NCBI GenBank assembly: GCA_963842525.1
Contig: CAWJGT010000025.1
Span: 384,001 to 448,000 of the forward strand
Length of the DNA: 64,000 nucleotides
DNA from: an uncultured Holophagales bacterium
GTDB lineage: Bacteria; Acidobacteriota; Thermoanaerobaculia; Multivoradales; UBA5704
Reading direction: 5' to 3'
The translations under genes and the position numbers were made by a program. Under the pieces are notes generated by a model. It was not told where the DNA came from, ran no database searches, and was given only the letters and a program-made list of their open reading frames with translations. Shown here piece by piece: positions 1-10,000 of the stretch (positions are counted from its first letter, which is position 1; the number at the start of each line of letters is the position of its first letter).

Positions 1-2754
1 GAAGGCGCTCAGCCTTTCGCAGGCGGCCACGGTCTTGGGATGGGAAGGCCCCCGGGAGCGGTCGAGGGCCTCGTAGCCGGCGGTGAGAAGCGGTCCGGCC
101 TCGGCCGGCCGGCCGCGCGCCGCCAGACAGGCGCCGAGCTGGCTCTCAGCATCGGCAACCCGCCAGTGGCCGGCGGGCAGGGCGGCGCGCAGGATCTCGA
201 GGCCCTGCCGCAGCAGCGGCTCCGCCTCTTCGGATGCGCCCCGGGCGAGGCGCAGCGTTCCGACTCCCACCAGCGAAGCCCCGACGTCCGGATGCGTATC
301 GCCGAGCGCCTTGCGACGGATGGCGAGGGCCTGCCGGGCCAGCGGCTCGGCCAGTGCCAGATCGCCCTGCGCGGCATGGAGCGTCGCCAGGTTCGCAAGC
401 GTCGTGGCGACGCGGGGGTGCTCGGCGCCCAACGCCTTGCGGGAGATGCGCAGGGCCTCCTCGTAGAGAGGCCGTGCGGCGGCCAGATCTCCCCTCTCCT
501 CGAGCACCCGGGCGAGGTTGTGAAGCCCCATGGACACCTGCTCGTGCTCGGGGCCGAGCAGCTTGCGGCGCATGGTCAGCGAACGGCGCAGCAGCGGCTC
601 GGCGGCCTTGGAATCACCGCGCAGGACGAGCAGGGACGCCAGGTTGTTGTGCTGCAGGGCGATCTCGGCATGCTCCTCGCCGTAGACACGGTGCGCAACC
701 GCAAGCGCCTCACGGTAGCTCGCCTCCGCGCCTGCGATATCGCCGCGCTCGGTCTGGAGCACGGCCAGGTTGTTGAGCTGGGTGGCGATATTCGGATGCG
801 CCGGCCCGAAGACGCGCCGCATGGTGGCGAGGGCCTCGCGGTAGAGCGCTTCGGCCTCCTCCGGATGTCCTCTCTGCTTTTCGATGAAACCCAGGTTGCC
901 GAGGTTCGTCGCCACCTCCTCGTGGTCGTTGCCGAAGCGCCGGCGGTTGATGGCGAGCGCCTCCCGGAACAGCGGCTCGGCGTCGTCGTACTGCGCTTTG
1001 GTGGCGAGGTCCGTAGCGAGCGAGTTGAGGCTCTCGGCCACCGCCGGATCGTTGGACCCAAGGAGCTTGCGCCGCATCTCCAGCGACTCCCGGTGCAGGG
1101 CTTCGGCGCGGTCGAGATCGCCGCGGGCCTGGGCGAGGGTCCCCAGGGCATCCAGGCTCGCCGCCACCTCGGGGTGCTCGTTGCCGTAAACCTGCCGGCG
1201 CAGGGCGAGCGACCTCTCCAGGAGAGGCAGAGAGCGGTCGTTCAGCCCCAGGCCGCGGTAGGCCTTGCCGATGGTCGTGGCAAGGGCCGCCTGGACCTCC
1301 GGCTGGTCCTTCAGCCCGGTCTGGACCCGCGCCACGCCCTGGTCGAGGATCTCCCGCGCGGTAACGGTCTGGCCCCGCGCCTCGCTCGGATCGGTAACTG
1401 AGAAAATATTTTCGAGCAGGCGGGCCACCTCGACCGCCTTGTCCCGCTCCCGGCGGATCTCGTCGCGTTGGCGGGCGAGGCGCACCGCCTGCACCGTCAT
1501 CACCACGGCGAGCCCGAGGACGAGGAGGAAGACCCCCGCGGCCAAGCCCACGCCCAGGCGATGGCGACTGACGAACTTCGACGTCCGGTAGCCCAGGGTC
1601 AACGGCCGCGCCAGGACCGGCATGCGCTCGCGATAGCGCCGGAGATCCTCCGACAGGAGCTCCACGGAGCCATAGCGCCGCTGCGGCTCCTTGCGGAGCG
1701 CCATGAGGACAATATTGTCGAGGTCGCCCGCGAGGCGGCGCGCGAGCCGCCGGTCCTGCACCGTGTCCGCCGGCGCGGCGTCGCCGGACGGGACCGAGCG
1801 GCCGGCGGCGGTGCTCGGCTTTTCGGGCTGCTGCTCGACCACCGCCTGCTCGACGGCGCCGAGGCGGTCCGGGTCCAGGCGGTACGGCAGGCGGCCGGTC
1901 AGCAGGACGTAGAGCAGCACGCCCAGCGCATAGACGTCGCTCGCCGTGGTCACCACCCGGCCCTCCACCTGCTCGGGGCTGGCGTAGTGCGGCGTCATCA
2001 GGCGCTGGCCGGTCCGCGTGAGGTCGGCGCCGGGCAGGGTGGAGCCCTCCAGGAGCTTGGCGATCCCGAAGTCCAGGAGGTGAGGCCGGCCGTCGGCGGT
2101 GACCAGGATGTTGGACGGCTTGATGTCGCGATGGACCACCAGGTTCTGGTGGGCGAACTGGACCGCGGAGCAGACCTCGCGGAAAAGGTCGATGCGGGCG
2201 TCGATCCCCAGCCCCTGCTCGTCGCAGTAGCGGTCGATAGGAACACCGTCGATGTACTCCATCACCAGGTACGGCAGGCCATCCTCAGTGGTGCCGCCGT
2301 CCAGGAGGCGGGCGATGTTGGGATGTTCGAGTGAGGCGAGGATCTGCCGTTCGGAGCGGAAGCGCTCCAGCAGGTCGGACCGGTCTGCGCCATAGCCGAA
2401 GACCTTGATAGCGACCTGCTGGCGGAACTCGCCGTCAGCGCGCTCGCCGAGGTAGACGGTGGCCATCCCCCCTTCGCCGAGCTTTTTCTCGACACGCCAG
2501 GGGCCGACGCGCCGTCCCACGGCCGAGGGTGGAGGCAGGGCGATGTCTGCGATGTTCGAAAGATCCGTAGGGAGGGGCGGCTGTTCGAGGAACTCGCCGG
2601 CCGCGGCCTCTGCGGCGAGGAGAGAGGCGATCTCCCGCCGTAGCGCATCGTCGCCGCTGCACAGGTCCGCGAGGCGCGCGTCCCGTTCGGCCGGCGGCAG
2701 GGCCTCGACCTCTTCGAAGATCTCCTCGATGCGCCGCCAGCGGTCAGCCGGCAT
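1..2754 (-). CDS. Ser/Thr protein kinase with TM segment and C-terminal TPR repeats (3' end runs off window)
   Basis: Manual minus-strand translation from ATG 2754 (MPADRWRRIEEIFEE): GEGGMATVY, VAIKV, HRDIKPSNIL, DFGIAK, TPHYASPEQ, then TPR-like helices. Absent from the ORF track because no stop lies in the window. Confidence 0.9.
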   Translation of the reverse strand, partial: MPADRWRRIEEIFEEVEALPPAERDARLADLCSGDDALRREIASLLAAEAAAGEFLEQPPLPTDLSNIADIALPPPSAVGRRVGPWRVEKKLGEGGMATVYLGERADGEFRQQVAIKVFGYGADRSDLLERFRSERQILASLEHPNIARLLDGGTTEDGLPYLVMEYIDGVPIDRYCDEQGLGIDARIDLFREVCSAVQFAHQNLVVHRDIKPSNILVTADGRPHLLDFGIAKLLEGSTLPGADLTRTGQRLMTPHYASPEQVEGRVVTTASDVYALGVLLYVLLTGRLPYRLDPDRLGAVEQAVVEQQPEKPSTAAGRSVPSGDAAPADTVQDRRLARRLAGDLDNIVLMALRKEPQRRYGSVELLSEDLRRYRERMPVLARPLTLGYRTSKFVSRHRLGVGLAAGVFLLVLGLAVVMTVQAVRLARQRDEIRRERDKAVEVARLLENIFSVTDPSEARGQTVTAREILDQGVARVQTGLKDQPEVQAALATTIGKAYRGLGLNDRSLPLLERSLALRRQVYGNEHPEVAASLDALGTLAQARGDLDRAEALHRESLEMRRKLLGSNDPAVAESLNSLATDLATKAQYDDAEPLFREALAINRRRFGNDHEEVATNLGNLGFIEKQRGHPEEAEALYREALATMRRVFGPAHPNIATQLNNLAVLQTERGDIAGAEASYREALAVAHRVYGEEHAEIALQHNNLASLLVLRGDSKAAEPLLRRSLTMRRKLLGPEHEQVSMGLHNLARVLEERGDLAAARPLYEEALRISRKALGAEHPRVATTLANLATLHAAQGDLALAEPLARQALAIRRKALGDTHPDVGASLVGVGTLRLARGASEEAEPLLRQGLEILRAALPAGHWRVADAESQLGACLAARGRPAEAGPLLTAGYEALDRSRGPSHPKTVAACERLSAF

Positions 2755-3340
2755 GGGCAGGATCTCCGCTCTCGTCGCCCGAGAGCCGGCGGTAGAGCCA
2801 GGCCTTGGCCACCCGCCAGCGACGCCGCACCGTGGGATTGGATACGCCGAGGAGAGCGGCGATCTCGTCGTGCTCCAGGCCGCCGAAGAAGCGCAGCTCG
2901 ACGATCTTGGCGAGCGGCTCGTCCTCGTGAGCGAGATCGCTCAGAGCGTCGTCGAGCGCCACCAGGTCTTCATCGCGATGGATGGCGAGGTCCGGCACCT
3001 GGTCCAGCACGAGCTGCCGCACGTCGCCGCCGTGCCGTTGCGAGCCGCGGCGGCGGGCGTGGTCGACGAGGATCCGCCGCATCATCTGCGCGGCGATGCC
3101 GAAGAAATGGGCACGGCTCTGCCAATCCACCTGGCGCTGGTCGACCAGCCGCAGGAATGCCTCATGGATGAGGTCGTGGGTTTCGAGGGTGTGGCCTTCG
3201 CGTTCGCGGTTGAGATACCGCCCGGCGAGCTTGCGCAGCTCGCCATAGACCAGAGGCATGAGCTCTTCGAGCGCGTTTTCGTCCCCGGCCTGCCAATCCG
3301 CGAGCAGCCGGGTCACGCTGCCTGGGGAAACATCGCCCAC
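2744..3340 (-). CDS. ECF RNA polymerase sigma factor, kinase-associated type
   Basis: VTRLLADW..GD..AL..LMPLVYGELRKLA..YL, HFFGIAAQMMRRILVDHARRR, IVELRFFGGL..EIA; overlaps the kinase start. Confidence 0.92.
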   Translation of the reverse strand: MGDVSPGSVTRLLADWQAGDENALEELMPLVYGELRKLAGRYLNREREGHTLETHDLIHEAFLRLVDQRQVDWQSRAHFFGIAAQMMRRILVDHARRRGSQRHGGDVRQLVLDQVPDLAIHRDEDLVALDDALSDLAHEDEPLAKIVELRFFGGLEHDEIAALLGVSNPTVRRRWRVAKAWLYRRLSGDESGDPAHAG

Positions 3341-3490
3341 GAGAGGCCCCCTTTCGCCGTTGTCATTCTGGCATGGAAGGGCCTCAGCAATGCCTTAGGG
3401 CTCGGCACAAAATAAGTGTCTCAATTTCGGCTCTTCAACGCGGCCTTCCAGCGAGCTGACAAGGTCTGTCCTGGGACCCCAGACCCGTCG

Positions 3491-3517
3491 TGTCATCCTG
3501 AGCGTAGCGAAGGATCT
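3491..3517. repeat. REP-like short element TGTCATCCTGAGCGTAGCGAAGGATCT
   Basis: Resembles a widespread intergenic GTCATCCTGAGC..GCGAAGGATCT repeat; single clear copy here. Confidence 0.45.
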
Positions 3518-3540
3518 GGGGGCAGGGAGGCTGCACGCCG

Positions 3541-3826
3541 CGGGACCACTGCGCGCCACCGCAGTGAGCGTCCATGGTCCTGTGGTGGCTCCTGCCGGTC
3601 CCGCGGGACCACTGCGCGCCACCGCAGTGAGCGTCCATGGTCCCGTGACTCCTGCCGGTCCCGCGGGACCACTGCGCGCCACCGCAGTGAGCGTCCATGG
3701 TCCCGTGGTGACTCCTGCCGGTACCGCGGAACCACTGCGAGCCACCGCAGTGAGCGTCCATGGTCCTGTGGTGACTCCTGCCGGTCCCGCGGGATCACTG
3801 CGAGCCACCGCAGTGAGCGTCCACTG
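3541..3826. repeat. Tandem repeat, about 4.5 copies of a 63-bp unit (one 60-bp)
   Basis: Units start at 3541, 3604, 3664, 3727, 3790; internal hairpin CACTGCG-N6-CGCAGTG and CGGGACC/GGTCCCG unit ends. Confidence 0.95.
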
Positions 3827-4998
3827 CGTGTCTGACGATGTGCTACAGTTAATGGTTGAACCGTGTGAGCCAGGTCTTCCTCAGTTACCGGCACGTCTCC
3901 CCCGACGAACAGTTCGCGGAGCGGCTTTGCGCCCATCTCCAAGAGCGGGGGCTCCGTGTCTTCCTCGACAAGCAGATCCAGATCGGCCTCGACTGGGTGG
4001 CGGAGATCGATCGCCAGCTCCGGGCGTCGGACTCTTTTGTTGTCCTCCTCTCCGAAGAGTCGATCCGTAGCGACATGGTGCGCCAGGAGGTGCAGACCGC
4101 CCATGAGCTCCGGCGGGAGGGAAAGCCCGCTATCTTCCCGGTGCGACTGGGCTTCCAGGGGAAGTTGCCCTATGACCTGGGCTCGTATCTGAATCGCATC
4201 AAGTACGCCCTTTGGCATCCGGGTGATTCGGAGGCGGAGCTGTTCGACCTCCTTTACGCCGCAATCACGAGCGGTGCCACTCTCCCGATGGCGCCGCCTT
4301 CCGAGGACCCTGTGGTCGTCTCCTTCACGGACCTTCCCGAGTGGAAGGGGGCTCCCTTGCCCGCGGCCGATCCCCGGATCGTAATGGAGACAGGGACGAT
4401 TCGCCTTAACTCGCCATTCTACATCCGGCGAAGGGAAGACGAGATCATCGAGCGGAGTCTGACGGGTCCGAGTGACACGATTATGGTTTCTGGTCCTGGA
4501 CAGACCGGCAAGAGCTCTCTTCTAGCTCGGGCACATGCTCTGGCGCATCAGAAGGGGCTCAGATCGGTTTTCTTAGACTTCCAGAATGATTTCGATCAAG
4601 CTCAAATCGCCAACCTAAGCACCACTCTCCTGGCCCTTGCCCAGAAAATTGCAAGAGCGCTCAAAACGACTGTCCAGCCGTCCGACGTCTGGGACTCCAC
4701 GCTCCTTGGAGAAAAGGGAAGCTTCTCGGAGTTCCTGGAAACTGCGGTCCTGGCCGGGGCCTCTGGGCCATTCGTTCTTATCCTTGATCAAGTGGACATC
4801 CTGTTCGACAGGGTTCATCGTAGTGATTTCTTCGCAGCCGTCCGCGGCTGGCACAACAATCGAGCGACCAAAGGGGCTTGGGAAAACCTACACCTCGTCC
4901 TTGGCCATGCCACGGACCCAGGACTGTGGATCGAGAACCTGAACGAGTCCCCCTTCAACGTCGGTGTCCGTCTCCGCCTGGGCGACTTAACCCGCGAT

Positions 4999-6656
4999 GT
5001 ATCTGTTTACCGTCAGCGGCACTTTTGGGGAAGGTTTTCCCTGGACACACGTCCGCGCTGGCCAGGCGACCTGACGAGGGCGAGCGGCTACCGACCTGGA
5101 GCCACGGATAACTCGTGGCGAGAACTGTTACGGTGGCTGTGACGCAGGAAGTATTGCCTCAAGCTTCGGTAGCTGGGGGCTGCGCAGAAGCTGGGGCAAG
5201 ATCTCGAGTGTCCCGACTTGGTGTTGCTGAAATGTGCGCAGGGCACTCATCAAGACCGCTTGCGCCTGGGACCCCTCGGCCGTCCGATTTCCCCCAGATG
5301 TCTTGCGGTTGATGACCGCCGGGCGAATCCCTTGTTCGGCCGGCCAATTGGTCGCCTCCACATCCGTGCGTTCCAGGAAGACAAACAGCTGCTCCTGGTG
5401 ACGTATCAAATGCTGAGCCAGACGCTGGTTGTCGGGGTTCGTGAACTGCCCCGACAGACGCCTTTCCATCTGGAGCTCCAAGTCCTGCTTGACCTTCTCC
5501 AGCGCCTCGCCGCTGAGCTTGCCCGCGTCCCGCTGATCTCGCGCCTCCAAGGCGGCCTGCAGGATCTCTTTCACCGCCCGAGGAAAGCGCACCGCACCCC
5601 CTGTCGCCTTCTCCAGCAGCTCCTCGCAACGGCGCAACAGATGCGCCAGACAGGTCTGATGAGTCGCTTCTTCAAATTTCTGATAGGGAGCCCAACCATC
5701 AGCCACCAGCACGCCGACAAAGCCCTCCCCCAGGACCTCAGAGGCCTCGGCATAGCCACGACCCGGCTGGATGCTGTAGACCGTCTCGCTGCGATTGGTG
5801 AACACCCACAACCACACGCTATAGCCCCCCTCCCGCCAGCCCGTCTCGTCCGGGTACACCACAGGAGAAGCTCCGGATCTTCGCCTTCAGCTCCTCGTAC
5901 AAGGGCTCCAGCTTCTTACTCATGCGAAGCAGCGCGCGGCACAGGGCCGAGCGCGACACAGACAGTCCAGCCAGCTCCTTCAGCAACGCGGCGATCTTGC
6001 CGTAGCTCAAGCCTCCGACCTTGTTGAGCCAGGCGGCGAGCCCCAACACGTTTGGACCGAGTTGCACGTTGCCGACCCGGAACGCCTGGGAAGTCTGGCG
6101 CGGGTGACGCCCCACAGCTTCCCGGCCACATGCCGAGCACTTCCCATAATGGAGGATGAACTCCGTCGTCACCGGCCGAATCGGCGGCAGATCGGTCTGA
6201 TACTGGCGAGCTTCGCCCTGCGGAATGACCTGACCCCCACAGTGCTCACAATACAGCGGGCACTCCACCACGATGGTTTCGTCGACGTGATCGGGCACAG
6301 CTCGAGTCGCTTGCTGACCATATTGATCCCCGGCTTTGCGCCCTGGAGACTTGGGATCCTCGCTCGGATCTCCCTTCGAGAAGGGGGCAGCCTGGCGTTT
6401 GCCCCGGCGCCGTAGCTCCTCGACAAGTTTCTCCAGATCGACGATTCGGCGCTTCAGGTGCGCAATCTGGCGCTCCTGCTCCTCCACCCGCTGGCGAAGC
6501 TCACCGTTGTCTTGGCGAAGCTCAGAGTTCTCTTGAAGGAGTTCCTCGTAAGTCGGCATGCCTGAAAGACATTAGACCATGCCGAGAAGAGAACTTCAAG
6601 CCCTTGCGGACGTGCCACCGCTCGGGGAAGGCGGCACTAGGGCGGTAAACAGATAC
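4999..6656 (-). mobile_element. IS66-family insertion sequence (single-transposase, ISBst12-like)
   Basis: 14-bp terminal IRs GTATCTGTTTACCG / CGGTAAACAGATAC; 8-bp TSD CCCGCGAT at 4991-4998 and 6657-6664. Confidence 0.93.
5128..6559 (-). CDS. IS66 TnpC-type transposase, frameshifted near 5860
   Basis: Coiled coil + CxxC zinc finger (5819..6559 ORF); DETGW, VADGW..Y, QTCLAHL.R, TNWPAEQGIR (5128..5862 ORF). Confidence 0.88.
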
Positions 6657-7050
6657 CCCGCGATCAGGTGACGGACCTCAACGCGCGGCATGGGAGCCCC
6701 CTTCGCAGCTCTGAGGAGATCACCAGTCTGATGGAACTGGTCGGCGGCCATCCTTATCTGATACGGCAGGCTCTCTACGTGCTGGCGACGGAACGCTGGT
6801 CCCTCTCGCGGCTTCGGGAGGAGGCGGGCAAGGATGCGGGACCCTTCGGAGATCACCTCCGGCGCCATCTCTGGGCACTGCACCAGAGCGACCGGCTGCG
6901 CGCTGTCGTCTCCCAGATCGTCAGGGGTGAGGGCTGCGACGACGAAAGGCTCTTCCGACGCCTCTTGGCCGACGGCTTGGCCGCCGGAGAGGTCCGCTCC
7001 GAGGCGCGCCTGCGCTGCGCACTCTACCAGCAATACTTTTCGAGACACCT

Positions 7051-10000
7051 GTGAGCGAGACGGCAGCTCCCGCCAGTCCGTTCTACGTCGTCGGGGGCAC
7101 CCTGAAGCCAGGGGCACCCAGTTACGTCGAACGGCGGGCGGACACGGATCTCTATGAGAGCCTCCTGGCGGAAAGCTTCTGCTATGTCCTCACCGCGCGG
7201 CAGATGGGGAAGTCCAGCTTAATGGCCCGGACCGCGAAGCGGTTGGAGCAGGACGACATCCGTACCGCTGTCGTGGACCTTACCCAAATCGGGACCGAAC
7301 GGGGAGCCTTGGCGGCGGGGCAGTGGTATTTTGGGATCGCCAACGAGGTCCATCGACACCTCCAAATCGCCGTGCCGCTGCGCCCCTGGTGGCAGGAGAG
7401 GGCCGACCTCCCGCCGATCCAGCGCCTCACCAACTTCTTCCGCGAGTTCGTGCTGGAACATTGCCTCGGCCGGGTCGTGGTCTTCGTGGACGAGATCGAT
7501 TCGACGATCGGTCTACCCTTCGCGGACGACTTCTTCGCGGCCCTCCGCTCCTGCTTCAACGCCCGAGCCACAGACACCTCTTTCGAGCGGTTGACCTTTG
7601 TCCTGCTTGGCGTCGCCACACCGGACCAGCTCATCCAGGACCCGGCGCGCACGCCGTTCAACATCGGAAAGAGAATCGACCTGACCGACTTCACTGCGGA
7701 CGAAGCCTGGAGGCTGGCGCCCGGGCTGCACGCTGATCCTGCCGCGGCGGGCCGCCAGCTGGAGCGCGTTCTTCATTGGACCGGCGGGCATCCCTATCTG
7801 ACTCAGGTGCTCTGCCGTGCCGTCCGGGAGCAGGCTGCGGAGAACGGCACGGCGGAGGAGTCAGTCGATCCCTGGGTCGAGGAGCTCTTCTTCTCCTCGC
7901 GAGCGCAACGGGAAGAGGCCAATCTCAAGCAGGCACGAGCCCGCCTCGAGAGACCCGGCCCTGAAGGCCGCCGGCTCCTACGCATCTATCGTCGCATCCG
8001 ACAGGGAAAGTCGGTAACGGACCAGCCGCTCTCCCCCCTTTTCGCTCAGCTTAAGCTCGCGGGAGTGGTCAAGGCAACGGACGAAGGTCGGCTCGCGGTG
8101 CGCAACCGCATCTACGAGGTGGTCTTCACGCCGGAATGGGCGAAGTCTGCGATGCCTGCCGATCGCGGCCGGCAGCTCGCAACAGCCACACTGGCGGCGG
8201 CCGTGGTGGGTGTCCTTGTCTGGTACGTGGCTTTCCAGCCGCCCCTCTACGAGCGGGCGTTCCAAGCCGCGTTTGAGGACGACGGTTACAACGGAGCCCG
8301 CGAAGCCTACATTGCCCTCCGCGCCAATCCTTTCTCCAGGTCCAAGGCGACTGAGTTGATGCAGCAGTTCTGGGAACAGAGAGCCCTGCGATATGCCCAC
8401 GCAGGCCAAAGGGATGAGAGCCTTCTGAGCTGTCTCCAAGGATTGGCCTTGAGAGACAGCGAAAAGCTCGGGAGGCAGGCCACGAATCTCGTTGGCCCGG
8501 ACTACGACAGGCTCCGGTTCACATTTCGGCATCAGGAATCCATTGCTGCGGTTGCCTTCAGCCCTGATGGCCGGACCGTCCTGACAGGGTCCTGGGACAA
8601 CACGGCCCGGCTCTGGGATGCTGGCTCCGGACAGCCGCTCACCCCTCCCTTGCGGCATCTCGACGACGTCGTCGCCGTGGCCTTCAGCCCTGATGGCCGG
8701 ACCGTCTTGACAGGGTCCTGGGATGACACGGCCCGGCTCTGGGATGCTGGCTCCGGACAGCCCCTCACCCCTCCCTTACAGCATCAGGACTCCGTCGCCG
8801 CCGTCGGCTTCAGCCCTGATGGCCGGATCATCCTGACGGGGTCCTGGGACAAAACGGCCCGGCTGTGGGACGTTAGCTCCGGACATCCGCTCACCCCTCC
8901 CCTGCAGCATCAGGACGACGTCGCCGCCGTCGGCTTCAGCCCTGATGGCCGGATCATCTTGACGGGGTCCAGGGACAAAACGGCCCGGCTCTGGGACGCT
9001 CGCTCCGGACAGCCGCTCACCTCTCCCTTGCAACATCAGAAAGATGTCGTCGCCGTCAGCTTCAGCCCTGATGGCCGGATCATCTTGACGGGCTCCGAGG
9101 ACAACACGGCTCGGCTCTGGGACATTGGCTCCGGACAGCCGCTCACCTCGCCCTTGCAGCATCAGGGCGTCGTCGTCGCCGTGACCTTCAGCCCTGATGG
9201 CCGGATCATCTTGACGGGGTCCAGGGACAAAACGGCCCGGCTCTGGGACGCTCGCTCCGGGCAACCGCTCACCTCCGCCTTACAGCATCAGGGCGCCGTC
9301 GTCGCCGTGGCCTTCAGCCCTGACGGCCGGACCATCCTGACGGGATCCGAGGACAACACCGTCCGGCTCTGGGACGCTCGCTCCGGACAACCGCTCACCT
9401 CCGCCTTACAGCATCAGGGCGCCGTTGTCGCCGTGGCCTTCAGCCCGGATGGCCGTACCGTCCTGACGGGGTCCTGGGACAAAACGGCCCGGCTCTGGGA
9501 CGCTCGCCCCGGACATCCGCTCACCCTTTCCTTGCGGCATCTGGACGACATCGTCGCCGTGGCCTTCAGCCCGGATGGCCGTACCGTCCTGACGGGGTCC
9601 TGGGACAAAACGGCCCGGCTCTGGGACGCTCGTTCCGGACAGCCGCTCACCTCCGCTCTACAGCACCAGGGCGCCGTCGTCGCCGTGGCCTTCAGTCCGG
9701 ATGGCCAGACCGTCCTGACGGGATCCGAGGACAAAATGGCCCGGCTCTGGGACGCTCGTTCCGGACAGCCGCTCACCTCCGCCTTACAGCATCAGGGTGC
9801 CGTCGTCGCCGTGGCCTTCAGCCCGGATGGCCGGACTGTCTTGACAGGGTCCTGGGATGACACGGCCCGGCTCTGGGATGCTGGCTCCGGACAGCCCCTC
9901 CCCCCTCCCTTGCAGCATCAGGACTCCGTCGCAGCCGTGGCCTTCAGCCCGGATGGCCGGACCATCCTGACGGGGTCCGGGGACAACACCGCCCGGCTCT

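Larger units (their letters stand above)
3856..7054 (+). pseudogene. TIR-domain + AAA_35-type ATPase, interrupted by IS66 (about 510 aa when restored)
   Basis: VFLSYRH..VFLD TIR start; GPGQTGKS Walker A; LILDQVD Walker B; ESPFNVG. Removing the IS and one TSD gives in-frame ...GDLTRD-QVTDLN...GGHPYL. Confidence 0.9.

Noticed and set aside
40-3415. Long plus-strand ORFs (453, 288, 318 aa)
   Set aside because: Antisense shadows of the kinase and ECF genes in high-GC DNA
3541-3826. Possible CRISPR array
   Set aside because: Whole units repeat with no unique spacers; no cas genes in the window
4999-5142. C-terminus of the 428-aa TIR ORF
   Set aside because: Read-through into the IS66 end, not native sequence
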